A DNA stretch of 64,000 nt from Trichosphaerium sp. ATCC 40318. Its lineage: Eukaryota; Protista; Tubulinea. The translations under genes were made by a program, and so were the position numbers. Shown one piece after another: positions 36,468 to 47,379 of the stretch (positions within the stretch are counted from its first letter, which is position 1; every line of letters begins with the position of its first letter). The notes beneath the pieces are model-generated. The model saw only the letters and a list, made by a program, of their open reading frames with translations. It was not told where the DNA came from and ran no database searches. The stretch lies in the NCBI GenBank assembly GCA_038496445.1, contig JALMLS010000321.1:1-64000 (forward strand), in the 5' to 3' direction.

Positions 36468-36765
36468 TGACGGACTTGACATTTCTGACAGAACTTGCAA
36501 ATCAAGTATTTTAAAAGGTGCTATGCATGGAAGCAGGCGTCTAGCGAAAAAATTTATGAATCTTAAACCACGTGATTAAAAAAACCCAAACCAAATTTAT
36601 ATATGTCATATTTTGATACCTGGGTATTTACAAAGCCTATGGTAGCGTCAGTTTTACTGTTTTGAATTGTTGTCTGAGCTTTTCACGTTATCATCCTGTT
36701 GATGCCATGAGAGCGCTATTGATAGCGTAGTTAGGCGCTAGTTGTAGCGGTAGTAAATTTGCACT
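36468..36765 (+). repeat. Dispersed non-coding repeat; inverted homolog of 21005-21292
   Basis: Colinear blocks tgacgga.ttgaca.ttctgacaga, ccacgtgatt, tttacaaagccta, taggcgctag. Confidence 0.75.
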
Positions 36766-36950
36766 TACCTGTACAATACTTTACTTTTATTTGTCTGCGT
36801 TGCATCAAGCGACCCAATCGCAGGTTAACATACATCGGTGCCAACCAAGGGCTTACATAGGAGTTGCACCTACCGCTCTCAACGCGGGAAGAGACAGGAC
36901 GCCGCCTACTAGGCGGACCGTAATTGTGCGGTTATGACCCAGCCGCCTTG
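36762..36950 (+). ncRNA. Structured RNA candidate with U1 snRNA-like motif order
   Basis: ACTTACCTG, hairpin loops containing ATCA and TTGCAC, perfect hairpin 36902-36916, TAATTGTG, terminal stem GCGGTT/AGCCGC; several motifs are imperfect. Confidence 0.3.
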
Positions 36951-37016
36951 AAAAGAGTGATCAAGTCAAGCTGTAAAAGCTGACCAAGTTCGTTAATATG
37001 TTGTTTTTACACAGAC

Positions 37017-37096
37017 AAATAAATGGTGAAAACAAGAAAGTCAGAATAATGACCGCCGAAACACTACCAGGGCCATGAATTACGATTACTGGTAGT
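37017..37096 (+). pseudogene. Duplicated 3' tail of the F-box-MORN gene, co-duplicated with P450 copy B
   Basis: Near-identical to about 33320-33400 (aataatgaccgccgaaacact...ttacgattactggtag). Confidence 0.8.
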
Positions 37097-38409
37097 ATCT
37101 GGAATAGTATAAATCCTTTGAAGCATGCAATGGTTTTATTGAAGAATGTAAATAAGAGTATTCACTAAAATTAGATTTGAGATATGAGAAATTTAGTCTT
37201 TGTTACAAACTTATGGATGGAAGAACACTTGTATGCCAAAGAATTTGGTTCTTCTGTTTCGGTCCACCTGAAATGTTGGATGTAAGAAGCAACCGCTTTG
37301 TATAAAAGAGTCAATCCTATACGTTCTCCTGGACATCTTCTTATTCCTTGTCTAGATATGTACAAGTTAATAAATGACTTAATGGATTCTCCCACTTATC
37401 ACGTGACACTCGTTATGATGAACAAGATACACAATGGCATGTTTTTTTTGTAAGCAAATGAAAAACTAAGAAATCTTACTCTTTTTGGTATGGTATATCC
37501 TGCCATGCTGATACTTCCCTTGCTTTATGAGGTACCAACATTGGCACGATTGGTTTGAATCTGAATGCTTCTTGTATAAAGCTCTTCAAACAAGGTATCG
37601 CTTGCAAGTCCTAGAAAGCAGGCTTAGGTAGCAACGTTTTAAGACGTCCAAACATTTTAGTCTTTTGATTACCTTTACAGGCATGCCGGAACGTCTAATT
37701 CTTTCAATGACTCTCTCTTAGCTCAGCTTGAATTTATGGATATTTGGCAAGCATTGTTACAGATCTAAAGAGAAACGTACATCAGATTTTTTAGTATTTG
37801 TACATGTGCAGTTGTATCAAATCCCGCAGCTATCAACTCCATAACAAAGGCAACCAACTGATCCTCAGTGATATCAGGCATTTCATTTCGTATGACATCA
37901 ATCCAATGTCTTTTCTCTCCTTTGACATAATTCTCACGTGTTTTTTGAATCAACTTTCTGTACAATCTATCTCTGTTTTCAATCGTCTCTTTGAACTTAC
38001 TCAACTAACAATTGTTAGCTCCGACAGTTTACGGAAGATAACAGAAATTGTTTTACTTACTCTCTTTCCATCAAATACAGCACATGCAGGGAACAAGTCT
38101 TGTAGAAACGGAGGTATCTACACCAATTGCCCATTCTGTCTAGAAAGCAAATTAAAGGTACATCTACCGGAATAGAACGCAACAGATACAAAAAATGAAA
38201 CGGTTTTTAGGCCTCTTTCTATCTAAACGGTTGTTTGCAAACACAATCAATAAGCTAAACCGGGTATTTTCACATCTATACGAGCTGTTTTAACGCATAA
38301 TGTGACGATGGTTTACATTTTTTTGGTTTTATGTAAAATTTTTGTCAGCTGAGCTCAAAGTGTCAGAACAAATCACCGAGCCATCAACGGCAAAACCTAC
38401 AGCACCCAA

Positions 38410-40024
38410 CATGCGCGCTAGGTTTGCAGCTTCTTCATCCACAACATTCCGTCTTGCCAATACACGAACTCGCCGTGTTAGCAGCATAAAAGTGCCAAAG
38501 ACTAATAAAAGGCAAATACATACCTTGTGGAATACACAAAAGTGAGTATTAACGAAATAATGATATTCTTTTTGCTTATTATTGCGAAGAGTAAAGCCTA
38601 CAAGATTATACAAGGCGTTGAACAACAGATCTCCATTGGCGGTAAATGCGCAAAAGCTTGCTTTCCCATCAGTATTTGCAAGAAATTACGCCAGTGGACG
38701 CTTCAAACGGTACGAAAATGGCTTCTACCGAGCACTCTAAACCTAGATAGACGCTTCAAACGGTACGAAAATGGCTTTACCGAGCACTCTAAACCCTAGA
38801 TAGACGCGTTGAACAAAAAGAGGAGAAATGGCAAAAAAACAATGGATACGGCCAATTAACCGAGAACGAGCAACAACAACACCAACCAGTACAAAACAAA
38901 CCAATCAATAAACGTAACGACCTTAAACGGCTCAATAGGGAAAACAAAAGCAAGGAGGTGGTTGGTTCGATGGATTTAAACCAAATGAGACTACACACGG
39001 CACCCAAACAACAGAAGATATGCTGTAAGAATCCAAACCCTTTTTTGCCTTTTAATCTTATTCTTATACGATCTATAGCACTCCAGATATCAAGAAACGC
39101 CTTGCTAAAGGATACGCAGTTATGAGCGCTGCAATGGGAGTGTCAGCTTTGAGTACGTTTGCTTTTTTTTTAGTGGGTCAACTGAACTTATTTTTTCTGT
39201 TTTTTGGTTTCGCTAAGAATTCTACCTTGTACTAAATCAAATGTCATTCAGGTTATGTTGGCGCTATTAGCATGGGAATTATTTCACCAGTTGTTGGTAT
39301 TGGAGCGTCCATTGGGTACGAGATAATGAGAATGGTTATTTTTTTTGAAAACCTTGTATATTTTTTTGTACCTTCACGTTTTTTTGTGCTTACTTGTGTT
39401 CAAGCGTATTGAGGTGTTTGTTTGCTATAGCCACGACGAAAGATGAAGGCACCAGGCGTATACTAGCATACATCTTCGGTGCTCTCTTGGGTATTGGCAC
39501 AGCCACATTCGTGGCAATCGGTAAGCTTTGTCGTGTCTTGTAAGCAACAAAATCTCATGGACTTTTTTTCAATTAGTTGCTGCTGACCCTATGATTGCCG
39601 CGAATGCATTCCTTAGTTCTATCGCTATTTTTGGTGGTTTCAGTATTGCTGCTTTGCGTGCAAAGCGTGGAGCCTTCTTGGGGTGGGGAGGTGCTCTTAC
39701 TGGTATTTTACTATTCTTGGTAGCTCGTAGTCTCGCACACATGTTCCTTGAACATCTAGGATTCGGTGGACAAGTATTTTGGGCGGTACGTTATTGTTTT
39801 TAACCTCAGAAACAAAAACGAAAAGGAGAATTTGGAGTAATTTACAAACAGCTGCAACATTTTTTTGGAAAGTTTTTCCGTTCCAGAAATTTTTTTTGAT
39901 TATTCTTTAGACCTCTCATAATATACCTTTTTACCTTGGACTTGGACTCTTTACTATATTTATTGGACGTGATACTCAACGTGTGATTAAGTATGTTCAG
40001 GCTGGTATAAAGGATGTGACAGGA
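38410..40024 (+). pseudogene. 3'-truncated Bax inhibitor-1/TMBIM family gene (GHITM/MICS1-like, with mitochondrial presequence), introns retained
   Basis: MRARFAASSSTTFRLANTRTRR presequence; DPMIAANAFLSSIAIFGGFSIAALRAKRGAFLGWGGAL; YLGLGLFTIFIGRDTQRVI; cut before the last TM helix. Confidence 0.78.
38697..38805 (+). repeat. About 53-bp tandem duplication
   Basis: gacgcttcaaacggtacgaaaatggctt(c)taccgagcactctaaacc(c)tagata occurs twice. Confidence 0.85.
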
Positions 40025-41490
40025 GCACCAAGAAAGCTTCTATAACTTGGTCGGTGACTTTGAAGATATCAGAGATATCTTTGTCTTTGTGTTCGTATGC
40101 ACGAATACCAAAAAGTGTTTTTGAAATCATGTTGAATGTCAATCTGTATGAAATATCACTTCCTGACACGCTTTCTCCAGATTCAGAACGTTTGCTTAGC
40201 CACTCAATGGCGTCGTTGACCTCGAAATTTATAATAGGCTCCAGGCTCTAAGATAAAGGTTACTGAAGTACATTGCGTTGTTGTCATGTACCTTCATTGT
40301 TTGCTGAAACAAGTTCATTTTGAATATCATTCTGTAGTTCTTGTGGTAATCGTTATGGTCAGACATTACGCACCCTGTATGTTACAAAGTTACTACTGAT
40401 ACGCAATACAAAGATGAAATAGTTACTCCTTTAAGATCTGTTGAATAAATCATTCTTAATGCCAGGAAATCACTGAGTGGTCTACGACAGCTGTTAGCTT
40501 AACTAGTATCGCTGCTCACCTGTCCGAAAGCACACGCCGATGCGTAGTTGACGCTTCCTTGATGAGCTCAGGATCAGTGATAAATACCATCTACACAATT
40601 TAGCCATAAAAAAAAGTGCTCTGATGACGAATGATCACGTGATAATTGTAATAACCGTTACTTAACAATAACGTACAGTCTTGGCTCCAAAGTTCATACT
40701 GAATATACCACCAAGCGTTTTAGCGTATTTCATTGTCGTCCTAGATTCTTAAGTTATGTTCAAATCTTTTCCAAACAGAAAATGGATATCAGCTTTTGAA
40801 GTTGTTTAGCTGTACAACAGAGAGTTTGTGACAGGATAATTTCTACAGAAACGTTTTGAAGTTTCGTTGGCGTACTCGACCATTTTCTTTGGATCTGTCC
40901 AAAGATGAAGGTGCCCAATCAAAGGGATACTGATTGGACTTGGTGGAAGGTTTAAAGCCTTATTTTTCATGTTCTTGTTTACAGTCAGCACTATGAATAC
41001 ACACAGCAATACGATAGATACAAGCAATATCATCACGTCTTCTATGTTGTGTATTGGGATCTGATAGTATTTTGATTACTTTTTATGTGTCAAACAAAAG
41101 TTAAGCAATGAGTGTGATTCACGGACTATCGTTTTCCCGTCCAACAAAAATATCGTAGCTGTGATTGTACATAACATACAAGGAACATTTTTTGGACAAG
41201 AGCATAGAATTCATGAAAACTAGGAGCCTACAATCACTTAAACCCTTTTGTTGTACTAAGAAATGGTTCGTAATTGGGTGTTTTACAGGACGTTCACCGG
41301 ACCAACCCCCCAAAGAAAACTCATAATTTTGTGCTCTTAGTTAGTATTTGCTTTGTAGTTATGTACTACAACTGTAAAGAATACCTTGGAGTACACCTCT
41401 GTTCATTAAACGTCTCATTCCTGCTGGGAAAATGTACTGTTTTGTGCACTTAAGCTGCTTCTAATGGTAAAGTCATTTTTCCCACGTGCT

Positions 41491-44400
41491 ATGAAAACAA
41501 CTACGCTATTTTACTTTTTCTTTTTACTTTTCGCGTCACCTATTGTCCGCTGTGATGACTACGACACCTTACTAGCGAAAGCAAAAGAAAACTTACAGGA
41601 TCTTTCGAATCTAGTCCAAAAAGCTAATGCAGAAGGTATAGATACTCAATACGAACAAGCTACACAAAGTGTACGTTATTATCTTTTCTTTTTTGGTTAA
41701 ATAAGTCTATCTCCTAAAATTACAGAGAAGGTTGCTAAAGAATTTCTGGTTTGGGCGCCCTACGATTACAACAACAAAGATATCCTATATAATGCATACT
41801 CTAAGTATTACACTAAGAGTACCCATGCTGAAATTGAAGCAATGGTAACTGCACTACCTTTGAACGAACTCAAGAACACAATTCAAATATTGGACAACTC
41901 CATTTCAACTTTGAAGAAAGTCATTGCTAGGTACTTCCACACCTCTCCATGTCTAATAATATTCACAAACCAAATAGGCCTAACTCTAGACGCCCAGTGC
42001 CAAAGTGGAATTTAACTAGCGTTGTCCTTGACAAAGGTTAGTCCGTGTAGTAGTAATAAGTTACTAACAAGTTCTACGAAGGGTATTGGCGAATTGGAGC
42101 TGACCCACGATTTCCTTCAGGTTTCAATTTTGACTCACGTGATCGCTTGGTACAGCAAATTGAATACTTTTAATGACTTCGTACCTATACGTTTTAAAGT
42201 TAGGAAGCGGCTTGGGCACTGTTGCGCTTTCGGTGAGTACTACTTTCGAATCATACGGAAAGGTCAAACCTGGTTACTTAAAGAACTTCGCGCAAGAGAT
42301 GGCAACCGCTGAAAACGAAGACAAGCTAAAAGTGTTCTTTGTTATGAATAATATTCCATCATTTGCAAGTGAAAAATATCCAGGTAAGCCCGCTAGCAAT
42401 GGCAACATTGATCTGTTCTTACCATTGAAAAAGATATCTTCGATATTGGATACACTCATGGCTTTAATTTCGATATTTCTAACCCTGGATCGATGAACTT
42501 AGTTGATCAATTCTATTCTGAAACAGTACCTATTGCAAAGCAGTATAAGAGTACGGATACCCTTCTTTTTTTCATATTGTTATAAATCGTTTTTTAATCC
42601 ACTTTTTAGATTTGTTTGGGTACAGCCTTGCCAATGAACCACTTTTTCGAGATCCTGTATCAGCTCTGACATCTAAGAACTTTCACACTTCGCTTGAGAA
42701 GCGTTATGGATCCATTGACATGTTGAACAAGGCACGTACATCAAGATCTATCCACACTAGACGTCCACGTGTAACAACATTTTTAGCGATATGGTAGTTC
42801 GTTTGGAAATTTCTCAGATGTGCCACCAAGCCCAAAAGTGCAAGAAAATAAAGCTCAATGGTTAGATTGGGCACTGTACAACCAAGACAGGGTAACAAAC
42901 TGGTTCTCATTTGCTTGCAATTCTATAAAGAAATATGATAGTAATGCTAAGTGCACCATTAAAGTAATCAATAAAGGGACACTTAGTGATGTAGGTAAGC
43001 GATAAAACAACAACAAGTTTCTTGTTTTTTTCCTCATCCTCATTACATTACTTTTTAGGCCATCCTTTTGGAATTGATAGGCAGGCCTTGATAGATATCC
43101 AAGACCTCAACGGATGTGATACACGTATATGTAAGAATCTGAATAATATATCGTATGGTTTTGCTTATGAGATTTATAGTACCGTATCCTGCACCTTGTG
43201 AACTTTGTCATCAATGGCATAACAGTAGTATTTATCAAATTGTACGTCATGATAAAATCAATGTTCGTTTTTTCAACATTCAGCTAGGATTGGCTAGATT
43301 CTGCCAGCGCTTATAACTTCCAAAAGTCTATGGCCCCAATGAAACCTATATTTGATAGCGAGTGGCATGGTATATCAACAGAGCGTTTTCGACAAGCGAA
43401 CATGTCTTATAGTACAAACAAGGTTTAATTGCAACAATATAAACATTCACTTTAGACCATGTGAAGGCGGGACTGTGGTTAGCTCACACCCAAGGCGTTG
43501 CTGCGACTATGGTGTGGTATGAAGGCACGGTAATAGGAAAAGAGATTAATCATCTGATGTTTGTTAGGTAGGGATAGCACAGGAGAACCAAAAGCCAACG
43601 TACTCTTCTATAACTAAGAAATACTAATTTAACTCATAATTTAGTTCGCCAGTGGGTTTGCTGGATCTATTGATACGATTCCGCAAATTCTTGCAGCCTA
43701 CACGCATACTTTTATGCAGGTAAGGACGTACCAATTAAGTAACTTCAATGAGTATTAAAACATCTGTAGTTAAACTCTTTTTCAAATGAAGTTGAAGCTG
43801 TAGCAACTGGAGAAGCGCCGATATGTATACTATATTCTGAAGTATCATCTATTCAAGCACGTGATTAGTATGTCAACATGTAACAAAACTAATCAAACCT
43901 TCTCATCAGGATCCATACTATCAACAAGTCCAAGCTGATGTTTTCGAGGCTTTATTCTTTATTGGTTTGAACACAAAGTTTGTTACTGAGAGGAATATAA
44001 ATATGACTGGATCTTCATGCAAGGTCATTGTTGTACCCAATACAAGCCATGTCTCAGATGAAACTGTAACAACTTTAGAATCTCTATCACTTAGCAGCTT
44101 GTTCATCTTTGTCGGTAAATCTTCAGACCAGAAATTTTTGTAGTTGTTGTACTTATTACTTGTAGGAAATGCTTCACTAAAGTACAACTATTATGGAGAT
44201 ACAAGACCTTCTTCAATGCTCTCATGGATGAAGAAATGGCCTTTACTATCTCCTGGAAATCCGGCAGTACTTCTTGAGTCCGTTGAAGGAGCCATATTCA
44301 ACAAGCAAAATTCACCTACACGAGATACAAGGTGCCATGTCTTGCACAAGATAGAACGTGCTAACAAGATACCTTTAGATGTGTTGTTCCGAGTACACAA

Positions 44401-44656
44401 AAGAGTAAGTTCGGTTTAATGTGCAAGGTTGGTGTATTAGAAGGAAAGACATATATTACTGTCATAAACTTTCTAAGAACGAAAACCTCATTTTCTGTCT
44501 TACAAGGAGGTATGTGCATTTTGCCATTTTGATCACATTATTGACATACACTTTCAAGGTTCGGTTGCGAATACGAAGGACATTCTGGAGGATGAGAACT
44601 TTACTGGAGTAATTGATATTGATAGCGTTGCTGTGAAATTGCTTCAAATCCAATAA
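41491..44656 (+). CDS. Secreted clan GH-A glycoside hydrolase (GH42/beta-galactosidase-like, with trimerisation-like domain); many introns
   Basis: Signal peptide; YSLANEP acid/base motif; YGSIDMLNK..SFGNFSDV; WLDWALYNQ; PIFDSEWHG candidate nucleophile; KVIVVPNTSHVSD. Confidence 0.75.
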
Positions 44657-44788
44657 ACGGGAAGGTTTAGTACTTAATTTGGAAAGGATTCAAACACATC
44701 ATCTAAATAAATAGATTTGGCTCCATACGAATATTGTCTTGTTAGCTCACGATTTAAATTGATGCCAGTATTTGATTACATGCTTTAT

Positions 44789-46777
44789 TTACAGTGCTTT
44801 AGATACCAAAAATTTAGGCTCTGTTACAAACTTATGAATGGAAGAAAACTCGTATGCCAAAGAGTTTGGTTCTTCTGTTTCGGTCCAGTTGAAATGTTGT
44901 ACATAAGAAGTAACCGCTTTGTATAAAAGAGTCAATCCTATACGTTCTCCTGGACATCTTCTTATTCCTTGTCTAAATATGTACAAGTTAATAAATGACT
45001 TAATGTGTTTGTTTGCTTACCCAAAAGGATTGATGTTACAAACAGGATCTAACCACCTTTTTGGATTGAACTCTGATGCGTTCTCCCATTTATCATTGTG
45101 GCATTCGTTGTGATGTACAAGATACACAATAGCCTGTTTTATTTGTAAGAATTTGTGAACAACTAAAAAACCAGTCTTACCCCTTTAGGTATGGTGTATC
45201 CTGCCATGCTCACATTTTCTCTTGCTTTATGAGGTGCTAACATTGGTACGATTGGCTTGAATCTGAATACTTCTTGTATAAAGTTCTTCAAACAAGGTAT
45301 TGCTTGTAAGTCCTAGAAAACTACTTAGATATACATAAAAAACAAGGATAAACCGAAATAGGCGCACTCCAAGTGACATGGTTGACACATCCAATCCTTC
45401 AATGGACTCCCTTAGCTCAGCTTGAATATTTGGATATTTGGCAAGCATTGTTACAGATCTAAAGAGAAACGTACATCAGATTTTTTGGTATTTGTAGTCA
45501 TTGTACGTACGTCTGTAATGCATGTGCAGTTGTATCAAATCCCGCAGATATCAACTCAACAAGGAAAGCAACAAGTTGATCCTCAGTGATATCAGGCATT
45601 TCGTTTAGTATGACATCAATCCAATGTCTTTTCTCTCCTTTGACATAATTCTCACGTGTTTTTTGAATCAAATTTCTGTACAATCTATCTCTGTTTTTAA
45701 TCGTCTCTTTGAATTTTGTTTCCTAACGAATACCAAAGTCAGAGGTGGTCATATCTGAGTATTTTCTGGCACGCACTCTGTCACGATCGAATATTGCACA
45801 TGCTGGGAACAAGTCTTGTAGAAAAGGAACCAAAGCAGCTTCTACGACTTGATCTGAGATTTTAAAGATATCAGAGATATCTTTGTCTTTGTGTTCGTAT
45901 GCACGAATACCAAAAATTGTTTTAGAAATCATGTTGAATGTCAATCTGTATGAAATATCACTTCCTGACACGCTTTCTCCAGATTCACAACGTTTGCTTA
46001 GGCACTCTATGGCATCTTTGACCTCGAAATTAATAATAGGCGCCATGTTCTGTATTAGAGTAAGGTCGTTGAAGTATGTTGAGTTTTTTGTCAGGTACCT
46101 TCATTCCTTTTCCTGAAACAAGTTCGTTTTTGAAAAGCAATCTGTAGTTCTTGTGGTAGTCGTTATGATCTGAGAACACACATGCTATAATATCATTCAG
46201 AACTTAAGAAAACAAGAAGAAGTAGATTACCTCCTTTAAGGTCTGTTGAGTAAATCATTCTCAATGCAAGGAAATCTGCCAGTGGCCTACAACCGCATTA
46301 GCAAGATATATTTTTCAAAAATAAAGTGCGCTCTCATACCTGTCAGAAAGTAAATGGCGATGCTTTGTTGACGCTTCTTTGATGAGATCAGGATCAGTGA
46401 TAAATACCATCTAATACGCAATTAGTTAAAACCTTACTCTTTTGACGAGCGATCACGTGATAATTTTAATACGCCTTAATTTAACAATGACGTACAGTCT
46501 TGGCTCCAAAGTTCATACTGAATATACCACCAAGTGTTTTAGAAAACTTCATCGTTGTCCTATTAGATATAAGCTGAGATATAGCTCAGAATATAGTATT
46601 GCGCGAGCTTTTAACTTACTCGACCATTTTCTTTGGATCTGTCCAAAGATGAAGGTGCCCAATCAAAGGGATGCTGATTGGACTTGGTGGAAGGTTTAAA
46701 GCCTTATTTTTCATGTTCTTGTTTACAGTCAGCGCTATGAATGCGCACAACAATACGATAGATAAAAGTAGTATCAT
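44789..46777 (-). CDS. Cytochrome P450, copy C (apparently complete)
   Basis: Same exon series as copy A; AGFDTT, EVFRF, GIRRCPG. Confidence 0.9.
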
Positions 46778-47379
46778 CACGTCTTTCTCAAGGTGTTTGT
46801 TAGATGTGTAGGTTTTTCTTTTGCTCGACCTTTTTGAAGTATCACGTGAACGGCCGACAATTAAGTGAACATTAACAGTAAATTCAAAATCTAGGCTCCC
46901 GGTACTTCCTCCTTTTCAAATAAACAAGGAGCACTAACTGCCACGAACCTGCTATAACTTAAATTAACATTGCCACTAATTTGCAACTTGCAAACCTATC
47001 GCGCGAACCATAAACTTTCGGCTAATTCTTGTGAATTAGCCGATGGCCAGATTTTCATTGATTGGCAATATGCCTCCTGTTAAACGTTCTAAAGCTTCTC
47101 TGCGCTTCACCTTGTTATAATATTGCGGCGCTACCAGTCGTACAAGTGCTGTTGTTGTGTTTAAGTTACATTACTCTTCACGTGTTTTTTCTCCCTCCTT
47201 ACGCAACAAATATGCCTTTTCTTCTTCAATTGAGTTCGCTGCTGTAGTAGCCAATTATATAAATTAATTGGGCAAGTCAGACTAGTCTAGTTTAATAATA
47301 GCTCTACGTTATCGTAATACCTATTATTCTCCGAAAGAAAACTTTATTTTGGGCTTTTTTGTATTTTTTTTTTTTTTTG

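Larger units (their letters stand above)
37171..41033 (-). pseudogene. Cytochrome P450, copy B: pseudogene split by a 1.9 kb insertion (3' part 37171-38111, 5' part 40025-41033)
   Basis: Near-identical to copy A on both sides of the insert; internal deletions near 37380 and 37800. Confidence 0.88.

Noticed and set aside
38112-40024. Helitron as carrier of the TMBIM fragment
   Set aside because: No CTRR 3' end, no subterminal hairpin, and not inserted between A and T.
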